DNA of 64,000 nucleotides, taken from the NCBI RefSeq assembly GCF_044704955.1, contig NC_091979.1, forward strand, positions 317,068,001 to 317,132,000. The letters run 5' to 3'. Under the pieces are notes generated by a model, which saw only the letters and a list, made by a program, of their open reading frames with translations, made no database searches and was not told the DNA's origin. Each line of letters starts with the position of its first letter. The first letter of the stretch is position 1. A program made the translations under genes and the position numbers. The stretch is from Pristiophorus japonicus. Its lineage: Eukaryota. This document shows, one piece after another, positions 13,148-24,839 of the stretch.

Positions 13148-15634
13148 CTTTAATATGCACATAGATTGGGTTAGCCAAACTGGAAGCAATACGGTGGAGG
13201 AGGATTTCCTGGAGTGCATAAGGGATGGTTTTCTAGACCAATATGTCGAGGAACCAACTAGGGGGGAGGCCATCTTAGACTGGGTGTTGTGTAATGAGAG
13301 AGGATTAATTAGCAATCTCATTGTGCGAGGCCCCTTGGGGAAGAGTGACCATAATATGGTCGAATTCTGCATTAGGATGGAGAATGAAACAATTAATTCA
13401 GAGACCATGGTCCAGAACTTAAAGAAGGGTAACTTTGAAGGTATGAGGCATGAATTGGCTAAGATAGATTGGCTAATGATACTTAAGGGGTTGACTGTGG
13501 ATGGGCAATGGCAGACATTTAGAGACCGCATGGATAAATTGCAACAATTGTACATTCCTGTCTGGCGTAAAAATAAAAAAGGGAAGGTGGCTCAACCGTG
13601 GCTATCTAGGGAAATCAGGGATAGTATTAAAGCCAAGGAAATGGCATACAAATTGGCCAGAAATAGCAGCGAACCCGGGGACTGGGAGAAATTTAAAACT
13701 CAGCAGAGGAGGACAAAGGGTTTGATTAGGGCAGGGAAAATGGAGTACGAGAAGAAGCTTGCAGGGAACATGAAGGCGGATTGCAAAAGTTTCTATAGGT
13801 ATGTAAAGAGAAAAAGGTTAGTAAAGACAAACGTAGGTACCCTGCAGTGAGAATCAGGGGAAGTCATAACGGGGAACAAAGAAATGGCAGACCAATTGAA
13901 CAAGTACTTTGGTTCAGTATTCACTAAGGAGGACACAAACAACCTTCCGGATATAAAAGGGGTCAGAGGGTCTAGTAAGGAGGAGGAACTGAGGGAAATC
14001 TTTATTAGTCGGGAAATTGTGTTGGGGAAATTGATGGGATTGAAGGCCGATAAATCCCCAGGGCCTGATGGACTGCATCCCAGAGTACTTAAGGAGGTGG
14101 CCTTGGAAATAGCGGATGCATTGACAGTCATTTTCCAACATTCCATTGACTCTGGATCAGTTCCTATCGAGTGGAGGGTAGCCAATGTAACCCCATTTTT
14201 TAAAAAAGGAGGGAGAGAGAAAGCAGGGAATTATAGACCGGTCAGCCTGACCTCAGTAGTGGGTAAAATGATGGAATCAATTATTAAGGATGTCATAGCA
14301 GTGCATTTGGAAAATGGTGACATGATAGGTCCAAGTCAGCATGGATTTGTGAAAGGGAGATCATGCTTGACAAATCTTCTGGAATTTTTTGAGGATGTTT
14401 CCAGTAAAGTGGACAAAGGAGTACCAGTTGATGTGGTATATTTGGACTTTCAGAAGGCTTTCGACAAGGTCCCACACAGGAGATTAATGTGCAAAGTTAA
14501 AGCACATGGGATTGGGGGAAGTGTGCTGATGTGGATTGAGAACTGGTTGTCAGACAGGAAGCAAAGAGTAGGAGTAAATGGGTACTTTTCAGAATGGCAG
14601 GCAGTGACTAGTGGGGTACCGCAGGGTTCTGTGCTGGGGCCCCAGCTGTTTACATTGTACATTAATGATTTAGACGAGGGGATTAAATGTAGTATCTCCA
14701 AATTTGCGGATTACACTAAGTTGGGTGGCAGTGTGAGCTTCGAGGAGGATGCTATGAGGCTGCAGAGTGACTTGGATAGGTTAGGTGAGTGGGCAAATGC
14801 GTGGCAGATGAAGTATAATGTGGATAAATGTGAGGTTATCCACTTTGGTGGTAAAAACAGAGAGACAGACTATTATCTGAATGGTGACAGATTAGGAAAA
14901 GGGAAGGTGCAACGAGACCTGGGTGTCATGGTACATCAGTCATTGAAGGTTGGCATGCAGGTACAGCAGGCGGTTAAGAAAGCAAATGGCATGTTGGCCT
15001 TCATAGCGAGGGGATTTGAGTACAGGGAGGTGTTGCTACAGTTGTACAGGGCCTTGGTGAGGCCACACCTGGAGTATTGTGTACAGTTTTGGTCTCCTAA
15101 CTTGAGGAAGGACATTCTTGCTATTGAGGGAGTGCAGCGAAGATTCACCAGACTGATTCCCAGGATGGTGGGACTGACCTATCAAGAAAGACTGGATCAA
15201 CTGGGCTTGTATTCACTGGAGTTCAGAAGAGTGAGAGGGGACCTCATAGAAACGTTTAAAATTCTGACGGGTTTGGACAGGTTGGATGCAGGAAGAATGT
15301 TCCCAATGTTGGGGAAGTCCAGAACCAGGGGTCACAGTCTAAGGAGAAGGGGTAAGCCATTTAGGACCGAGATGAGGAGAAACATCTTCACCCAGAGAGT
15401 GGTGAACCTGTGGAATTCTCTACCACAGAAAGTAGTTGAGGCCAATTCACTAAATATATTCAAAAGGGAGTTAGATGAAGTCCTTACTACTCGGGGGATC
15501 AAGGGGTATGGCGTGAAAGCAGGAAGGTGGTACTGAAGTTTCATGTTCAGCCATGAACTCGCTGAATGGCGGTGCAGGCTAGAAGGGCTGAATGGCCTGC
15601 TCCTGCACCTATTTTCTATGTTTCTATGTTTCTA
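13148..15634 (+). mobile_element. 5'-truncated CR1 LINE (partial EN + RT), inactive
   Basis: ORFs 13155-13850 and 13884-15536 are separated by an in-frame TGA. Catalytic FADD is mutated to FADY. (TTTCTATG)n tail. Confidence 0.95.
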
Positions 15635-15712
15635 AATAACAAAAAAAAGCAAGAGAATTTATTATATAAAACCTCTTATTCATTAAATAAAGTAAGAAAG
15701 GGTTGGATAGAG

Positions 15713-16563
15713 ATGGCAGTGGAGGAGGTGTGCAATATCTGCAGCATGTGGGAGTTTGAGGCGAGCAACATGATCCCAGGCAACCACATCTGCGGTAAAT
15801 GTTGAGGAATTTTGGCTCAGAGTTGTTGAGCTGGAGTCTGAGGTGCAGACATTGCGATGTATCAAGGAGAGGGAGAGATACCTGGACACTTTGACCAAGG
15901 AGGCAGTCACACCCATTATGTCAGGTAGTGATTGAGATTTAGCTATTGGTCAGGTACAGGAGGATGTGCCTGCGAGTCAGGCAGGTAAAGGGACCTCATA
16001 TGCAGTGGTGCAGGAACTTCAGCCTTTGTCCTTGTCCAACAGGTATGAGGTACGTGCTACCTGTGTGGATGAGAACAAAAACTGCAGTGAGAATGGGCAA
16101 ATTGACCATGGCACTGTGTTACAGGAGGCCATTGATGTGGGGAGATAGGATGAACTAGGAATGAGGTTCTGCTGAGAGATTAAAAAGCATAACCTCAAAG
16201 GAAATAATCTCTGGATTACTACCTGAGTCACGTACAAATTGTCACAGGGACAAAAAGATTAGAAGGTGAAATGCGTGGCTGAAAGAGTGGTGCAGGAGTC
16301 AGGGGTTTCGTTTCATGGGGCACTGGCACCAGTACTGGGCTAAAAGGGAGCTATTCCATTGGGATGGACTCCACATTATCCAGGCTGGGACCAGTGTCCT
16401 GGAGAATTGAATAACTAGGGTGCTAGATAGAGCTTTAAAGTAATAAGACAGCATGGGGAGAAGGTTCAGGTAAGGGCAAATTTATAATTCTAAAGACAAA
16501 AGTCAAGGCTGTAGAGCAGAGTAGTGATTTGGGTAAAATCAAGCAGCGTGTCAGGAAGGAACA
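15713..16563 (+). mobile_element. Old CR1, piece 1: ORF1 remnant and ORF1-ORF2 spacer
   Basis: CNICSMWE..CGKC, LSNRYEV, IISGLLP, WDGLH. Confidence 0.8.
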
Positions 16564-17665
16564 GAGGGGGGAGCATTCAGTTGGTTAGTGCCTCCTGTTA
16601 GCGCCTGCAGAGGGTGGTAATGGGGCACTGACGCAGGAGCGCTGGGGTGAGGCGAATCCCGCGGTGCACAGCAAATCCGGAGCCTCCGTTGCGCTGCCGA
16701 TACAAGGTACCGCCGGGGACTTCAACGCCAGGCAGATCGTGACATCAGTGAGCGCCCAATCTGCCAAATTCATTATGGACGTTTAACTTTGCACCTGGAC
16801 CAGACAGCGACAGGGAGAGGAGGCACACAGCTTCAGGATGCTGGCATCCGCATTAATCACTCGCACCTATCAGCAGGTTAGTTTCTGAGGTCTCTGGTCA
16901 GTTTCAACCAGGGGATCAGTTTGTATGAGTCATTTCAAGGTTCATTTTTATCAGCATTGTTTCGCAAAGTGGCTACATTTATTGTTCACAGATTTACACT
17001 GCCACATTTGCCACACTGCTACACATGTCACCTCGCCCTCCAGGGTCTACGGCAGAGAGAGCGTAGGCAGCCAGAAATGTGGGAACATGTGCGCACAGGG
17101 ATGAGGAGGGGCATCAGGGCTCTCACCAGGATGACTTAAACCCCAGAAACCTTTTGCTCATCACATGTCCATCATACCATCACCGTGTCCTGCCCTATGA
17201 CAGCGTCCTCCTGGGCACAAGGGTGAAATAAGAGAGACCACAACATATTGCAAACTCCATTAATAAATTTGTGCGTAAACATATCACACATATCACATTC
17301 ATTCAAATAACTAATGACCCTTGTGCCTGCCATAGTTAAATAGCTGTCATTGTCTGCAAGGCGTGAGCTGTGGGTGTGAGTGTTAGTAGGTGGAGATTGT
17401 TGGTTGGTAAGTGCTAGGAGTCTGGTCCTTTTGGCAGTGTGTGAAGCTTGTGGTACAGATGGTGGTATGTAGCATGTGTTGAAGCATTCAATCACCCTGA
17501 CCACCTGACTGAGGTGGATCTGCCATCAGCACACCTGCTCCAGACCTCCAACTCCCTCTCCTTGTTGTGCTTCTCCTTGTGAGGCAGCTACACAGCCAGC
17601 AATGCTGAGAATGTGCTGCTGTGGTCAGAGACAAATGAAGGGGAGGCAAATGGGGCAGTCGCCTA

Positions 17666-18176
17666 GGGCTCAAGCCTAGAATGGTGCCCAAGCCTAGAGT
17701 GGGGCCCAAGCCTAGAGTGGGGCCCAAGTCTAGAGTGGGGCTCAAGCCTAGAGTGGGGCCCAAGCCTAGAGTGGGGCCCAAGCCTAGAGTGGGGCCCAAG
17801 CCTAGAGTGGGGCCCAAGCCTAGAGTGGGGACCAAGCCTAGAGTGGGGCCCAAGCCTAGAGTGGTGCCCAAGCCTAGAGTGGGGCCCAAGCCTAGAGTGG
17901 GGCCCAAGCCTAGAGTGGGGCTCAAGCCTAGAGTGGGGCCCAAGCCTAGAGTGGGGCCCAAGCCTAGAGTGGGGCCCAAGCCGAGAGTGGGGCCCAAGCC
18001 TAGAGTGGGGCCCAAGCCTAGAGTGGGGCCCAAGCCAAGAGTGGGGCCCAAGCCGAGAGTGGGGCCCAAGCCTAGAGTGGGGCCCAAGCCTAGAGTGGGG
18101 CCCAAGCCTAGAGTGGTGCCCAAGCCTAGAGTAGGGCCCAAGCCTAGAGTGGGGCCCAAGCCGAGAGTGGGGCCCA
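17666..18176. repeat. 18-bp tandem repeat (GGGGCCCAAGCCTAGAGT)n, about 28 copies
   Basis: Seen directly; lies in the hAT left subterminal region. Confidence 0.97.
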
Positions 18177-18313
18177 TACAGGGTGGGATTAAGTGTAAGA
18201 GTAAACAGTATTGAGGTAAGTGACGTAGCAGGAGTGGAGCGAAGCCACGAGGGCTCAGGCGCATGTTATTGTCGACTTGATGTAAACAGACTCGAGATGC
18301 CCTTTTTCTAGAG

Positions 18314-20828
18314 ATGCATTCTACACACAAATCCGGGTTAAAAAAAGGAACGAACACGAGCTACGCAAGGAGCAAAAGAGACGAGAAGTAGCTAAACTGC
18401 TTAAACTAGAACATTTTTTCCAGCTAATAACGCAAGATCATGAAGATGAAGACCAAGATGACGTTGTGCAGTTAAGTTCAACAATGAAACCACTCGTGGC
18501 ACCAGACTCAGAGTTGGGCGAGTTGGAGCTCCAAGTCTAAAAAGTTGAAGAAGATGACAACCAACTGGCACATACTGAGCTGAAAGAGATGCAATTTATG
18601 AGCGACATTGGGCTGTGGGGAGACAATATCTCAGAAGACATGTAAAGCCATTGGATTGCAAAAGGTAGTGAGGACTACCGAAACTGTGATAAAGACTTCC
18701 AAAACTCCGGTGTGATTCATGCCAAGGAAGGATGTCGCTGATACTGCTCGAAGTCCTTCTTCACACGTGTGCACCAACTGACAGCGGAACGTGTGGAGTG
18801 AATGTGGCTCTGTTAGTCACCATCAAACGGTAGTGTATACTGCTTTGTTTGCAAGGTCACAGCACAAATAAGAAGCTACTTTACTCATGGGTTTAATGAC
18901 TGGAAGCATGGAGATGAGACGATTTCATCTCACGAAAACAGCCACCAGCACAGAGAAGCCATGGTAGTAATGTGCACTAGACAAGCAGGCACTGGTTTTG
19001 TGGATGGTCATATTGTCTTCCAGTTTGAAAATGAATTGCAGTGCTGTCGCAAGGTGCTAGAGCGGGCTGTCTGTGTCATAACATTTTTCTGTGAACGAGG
19101 TCTTTCATTGCGAGGTGGAGACAAAATCGTTGGGTCTCCAAGAAATGGTAATTATCTGGGTGTGTTGGAGGATCTCGCAAACTACGATGCATTTCTTGCT
19201 GAACACATCAAGCAGTTTGCCAACAAAGGCAAGGGGCATACTTCATACTTGTCTTCCACCACTTGTGAAGAACTGATTAGTCTGATGGGTGGCAAAGTAC
19301 TTGAGACAATTATCCAGGAATTGAAATCAGTGAAGTTCTATTCAGTATCTGTTGATTCAACACCAGATGCCACACACTCAGATCAGCTGACATTTGTTGT
19401 CCGCTATGTTCTACCGACTGGTCCTGAGGAAAGATTCCTCATGTTGTTGCCGATAATCGGTCATACTGGACAAGAAATAATAGAAATAATAGAAATAACA
19501 CTGGCCTTTCTGGATGAGAATGGGATTGATGTACAAAATTGCCACAGACAATCTTATGATAATGCTTCAAATGCGAGTGGTAAATACATTGGTGTCCAAA
19601 TTATCATCAAAGAGCAATGCCCATATGCGACGTTTATACCATGCACAGCACACTCACTCAACCTTGTGGGGAAAAACAATGCCGAACGCAGCCCAGTGAT
19701 CATCAGATTTTTGACATTGTACAAAAGTTGTACACTTTTCTCTCTGCATCAACGTATCGCTGGTGACTGCTTTATGAAAAACTAAAGTTTTTAGGGCTGT
19801 CTGTCGTCAAACAGCTTTCTGCTACTCGATGGTCAGCAAGGTATGAAGCAGTGTCAGCCCTGCTCAAAGATTACACTCCCATATGTGAAGTGTTGGAATC
19901 TCTGGCAACTGAGGTGAAACAGAAAGTTGAATGCTGAAATGAAGCTCAGTTGATCCTTGACAAACTGGGCACCTGGATTCAGCGATTCTCATTGTTATTT
20001 GGAACACAGTCTTGAAGCGCTTTCACCTGACCAATCTCTCGCTTCAAGAGATCGGCTTGAATCTAAATGTCATGATGTCCTTACTCGGGTCCCTTGTCGA
20101 TTTTGTCAAGACACGGTGAACAGAGTTTGAGGACTTCGAAGCCCGAGGGATTAAACTGTGGCCAGAATGAGTACAATTCAGCTCCGAGGCACATTCAGGT
20201 ATGCAGTCGCCGTTATGACGATGGAGACGCTGAAAACATTGTGCTGTCACCCAAGGAGAAATTCAAAACTGAAGTGTTCCTTGTCATCATTGATCAACTA
20301 ATCAATACCTTGAAACATCACCTTGAAGCACACAAGGAAATCAACTGTAAGTTTGGATTCCTGTCCAAGCTAGCCGCTCTCTCGACTCATGAGATCAAGC
20401 AAGCCACAGCAAATATTGCCTGTTCCTATCCCAACAATCTGGAACCCAGGATTGAAAATTAATTCATCCAGTTTTCTAACTTGGTGGCATCCTCAACAGA
20501 GCTTCAACCCTCAAGTTGTGTCAAACAAACGAAGCCATCAGAGCTGAGAATGTACCAATTGCTCAATAGACACGCCCTCACCCAAACCTTTTCTAACACT
20601 GAAATAGCTCTTCGGATATACCTGTCGAGGATGGTATCAAATTGCAGTGGTGACCAATCCTTCTCGAAACTAAAACGCATCAAGGATGAGGTCTGGAACC
20701 GAATGGGACAAGATTGACTTAATAGTCTTTCAATCGTGAGAATTAAGAGCGAAGTACTGCGAGGACTTGACTTCTCAAAAATCATTGACGAGTTTAGCCG
20801 ACAAAAATCTAGGAAAAGACCAATGTAA
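18314..20828 (+). pseudogene. hAT transposase, multiple stops and frameshifts
   Basis: VYCFVC, GFNDWKH, LSLRGG, NGNYLG, SVSVDSTPD..HSDQL, QSYDNASN.SG, PCTAHSLNL, TRWSARY, and a dimerisation domain ALRIYLS..VSNCS...SFSKLKRIK. Confidence 0.9.
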
Positions 20829-21851
20829 TGGTAGTTGCCTCTGTGGAGAAAATAGAATACAAATGACAAATGATGGTCTTCCAATAAAATTGCACAGTCT
20901 TATTCGAAATTGTTGTCATTGTCGATTTAGTTTCAAAATGTAAGGATTTTTTTTTATTAAAGCGTTGTTGTTTACTGTTTATACAGGGTTTCATCAAGGT
21001 ATCGGTTTGATTATTCGGAAACATAAAATATTAAATGGGAGTCGTTATAGTAGCAATGAGAACATAACCTGAGGCGTAGACCTGACCTGACCGTGACCGG
21101 ATACATACTCAGTGTAGTGTCCTGTGACTTAGCTCACTAATGTCATTTACTGCAGGATGTGAATGGGAGTAGGGGGCCCATGATCAGGATACTAGCCGGG
21201 CCCCAAGGCACTCTTAATCCGTCCCTGGCTGCAGTATCAAAGAACCTTCCCTTTAAGTACTGGCAAAAACCTGCGGCAATAATGAGTTGTGATTAGACTG
21301 CACCCGATATCCGTCCACCCTGTGAGTGTGACACCACTGAACTAGGCCTTTAAGACTTGATTTAGCGCCCAAATCATTTCTTTGAGCAGTGAGAATGAAT
21401 TTTGCATGCAATCTAAAGCATTAGCGCCTGGCGCAAAATCTCAGGGGTCGAAATTCGGTTGTACCGCCAGCTGATACCACCTGGGAGAGGCGGCAATGGG
21501 GCGTAAATGGCTCGGCGGCAGCGTTAGACGGTGGTGCTGCCTGATGGGAAATTCGGTTCTGCTTCTTCAAGGGTGCAAAGATTTTCCGCCTCGCCGACTA
21601 CCGCCATGGAAATCCTGACATCAGTACGCGTGCAATGCCTCCTTGGTGCCGGTCTCGCCAAATTCATTTTTCTGCCTCACTTACCGGCTGGCGGGGAACA
21701 CGCCAAAAAAAGTTACCATTCACAAATCAAGGTAAATCAAGGGGCAGTAATTAAAGGGAGTAGCAGCCGGCCACAGAGGTCGCGGTCAGTGTTGCGTTCT
21801 CTCCTCGCAGAGTGTGTAGGTGTTGGCGTGCTGCGACTACTCAGCTTCACA

Positions 21852-23138
21852 ATGAGCATTTCGCAAACATTGGTGGGTTTCAGGTTGGATCCATTTGCAA
21901 CTACCATATCGCGGCTAACTTCTGCAAATTAATGGGGGCAGTGATGGCACACAACTTCGTCCTGCAGTGAATATTTCCAAGGCACCGGCTACAGAGACAG
22001 CTTCAGGCCAATGTGGGTCCATGCCAGAGGAGAGGCCCCAGATGTCAGGGCAAGAGACCATAGAGACGCAGGGGTTACCGTGTGCATTATTCTTACCTGG
22101 ATATGTCCGAGGAGCTGTACATAAAAAGACTGCGGTTCCGGAAGGAGGTCGTTACTGAGCTCTACCACCTCCTGCAGACATAACTCGAAGCTGACATTGG
22201 CACCAGGACCTCGCTGTCAATAGCAGAGAAAATGACAGTTGCCCTCCAATTCTATGCTACCGGCTCCTTCCAGTCTCCTGTCGGTGATATCTGCAACATC
22301 TCGCAGTTTGCAGTACATTGCCGCATTCGCCAGGTGTCTGCACTCTCTGCAGCCGATGAATGGTCTACATAAAGTTCAGTATGTCCAGGGAGAGCCAGGA
22401 TGAGCGGCCCCATGGCTTTGCCAGGATAGCGGGCTTCCCCGTGATTCAGGGGGCCATTGACAGTATGCATGTGGCATTGAGGGCCCCGCCTCACAATGGA
22501 GAGGTGTTCCGCTATCGAAAGGGCTACCACTCCCTCAACGTTCAGCTGGTCTGCGATCACAGGCAGATGATCCTCGCTGTATCAATGCACGCTATCCTGG
22601 CAGCTGCCACGATGCCTTCATCCTTCAGGAGCGCAGTGTGTCCTGACTGTTCCAGCTATCGCATGAATGGTGTGGTTGGCTCATCGGCGACAAAGGATAT
22701 GGTCTCGCCACCTGGCTGATGACACCAGATGCTGAGGCTCTGCCCCGGGTGAGTAGCAGCGGGTCGGGCCTTTTGGAACGTGTTTTTGCCCACAATCCCA
22801 CCACACCTGCCGAGCAGCGCTCCAACAGCAGTCATATCACAACCAGGACCATTAGAGAGCAAAGTATCAGGTTTCTGTAGCAACGTTTTCACTGCCTTGA
22901 GCATTCTGGAGGGGCATTTCAGTACTCACCTGACAGAATGTCCATCTTCACTGTTGTGTGCTGCATACTGCACAACCTGGCCATCATGTTGGGCTAGCCA
23001 TTACCAAAAGAGATGGCAGCTCCACCTCAGGAGGACAATGACGATAAGGAGGACGACAAAGTGCTGAGGAGGCAGCCTGACACTGTTGTGGCTGCAAAGA
23101 CTGCTCGTCAGAGATTCATCGTGCATCGATTCCAGTGA
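21852..23138 (+). pseudogene. Harbinger (HARBI1-like) DDE transposase, disrupted
   Basis: TVALQFYATGSFQ, GFPVIQGAIDSMHV, RKGYHSLNVQLVCD, YPGSCHDAFIL, LIGDKGY, WLMTP, CCILHNLA. Confidence 0.9.
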
Positions 23139-24839
23139 ATGACACAAGATGTGCCGAATGGCCAGTCTACTTCACCTGCCGATCTGCTGAAGACATCGCG
23201 CCCCACCCGCCCAGCATCTGTGTATATAAATGGCAAGTCAAGAGTGTGACAACAAAAACCACAGTGTGCTGTAAAGAAGCACAAAAGGATGCCATCATCC
23301 ACAGCAAAGAATAATTGAAATCAGACCACTTGAAACTTTCTCACCCACATCCACGTGCAACTATTTAGATTAATTCATATTCAAACAAGGACAGCATCTC
23401 TGGCCACGATCACATAATTCTTTAGTGGCTCATCCAAGTGCAACTATTTACATGAGTTCATATTTGAGCAAGGTCACCATCTCTGGCCATTAGCACACAC
23501 ATTTTTAGTAGATCTTTCTTCGTGTTTTTCCACTCATTCGCTTCTCCCCCTCCGACGCCTACTGCTCCTCCTCAATAGGGTCTCAGTGCCCGCAGTAAGG
23601 CTTGTAGAAGGACGCTCAATTGACACCGCTGCCACAGCTGATGGCCTAGCAGGACGTGCTGCACCAGTTCGGGCCCATGCAGACTACATCACCGCAGCAT
23701 GGACAGCAGCACACTGTGGTGGATGGGTTGCAGAGAGCGGCAGGGGCAAGTGCAGAATTATGTCGTCCTGTGAGAGGACATCAAATTGCAAAAGGCCCAA
23801 CACGCTGCTACTCCCTCAGCATCTGGAGCAACCTGGGTGAGAACAGATTGCTGCCCTGCTTCGGCAACGTGAGGTCCCTGTTGAACTGATGGGGCCGCAG
23901 ACACGATGGCAGCAGTCAGTGGCTACGTGGCATCAAGTTGGCTCTGCATCAGCATCTGCAGCACATTACAGAGCTGATTGATGCCACCACATACTGACGG
24001 CATATAGTATGCAGGTCTACCATAGCATCGGCCTAGTGCTCAATCGCTACTGCCACCTCAGCCATAGCCCGTCCCACCACGTCTGGGACCCCATGCTCAC
24101 TGGAAGCATCCAACATCTGTTAATATCGACCAATGATGGACTCCACGGACTCTGAGAGACATGTGTATAAGTTGAGGCAGGCTCCTCCATCTTCACAGCT
24201 AGTGCATTGAGACTCTCGGACACCCTTGCCAATACACCCAGCAGATCACTGTGCATCCACAATGACTGTCTTGCAACATCCTCTAATTTGGGCTCATCAT
24301 CAGAGTGCTGCTGAGTATCACTCAGGTGCACACTCACCCTCCGGGGAGCTGGCCCCCTGTTTTCCCCTCCCCCATGGCACTGCTGTAGGCCACTGGGTCC
24401 CGGAGCATCACTCACCTCAATCTCACCGACCACGCCTTCCGTCAAAAAGCTGCTGGCCCTGCTCTCTGAGGACGCTGGATCCTCGGTCACATCCAGAGAG
24501 GTGTCCTTCGCCTCCTCCTCCTCTCCACCACCACCAACAGTGGAAGGCTGACGTGCAGGCCCCTGGCCATCTGAGTCGCCATCGGAAACTACAAAGCCAG
24601 AGAAGAGTGGTTACCTACAGGTGGGAGAGACGTTCGGAAATGCTCATCTCAGGAACGTGGTGAAGGATTCTGCTGTCAGGGCTGAGTGGCCTGCTGGAGG
24701 CTGTAAAGGAACTCAACATACCGTCACTGTACCAAGGGGGATCAGCCTCACCCACCGCCGACGCACTCACTTGTGCATCCATCAGGACCGAGAGGTATTC
24801 CTCCACCTGAGTCAGGGGTTGCACCTCAGAGTCCCCCTC

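Larger units (their letters stand above)
17626..21227 (+). mobile_element. hAT DNA transposon (ZMYM1/DUF4371-type), complete ends
   Basis: 15-bp TIRs CAGAGACAAATGAAG and (reverse complement) CAGGGACGGATTAAG. 8-bp TSD GCTGTGGT and GCTGCAGT. Confidence 0.85.

Noticed and set aside
12144-13178. Long ORFs over simple repeats (also 17488-18357, 33181-34206, 44343-45280, 53185-54048, 56934-57695)
   Set aside because: Low-complexity translations open in several frames, or spanning the N gap.
13884-15536. 550-aa RT ORF as an active LINE
   Set aside because: 5'-truncated, has an upstream in-frame stop, and the catalytic FADD is mutated to FADY.
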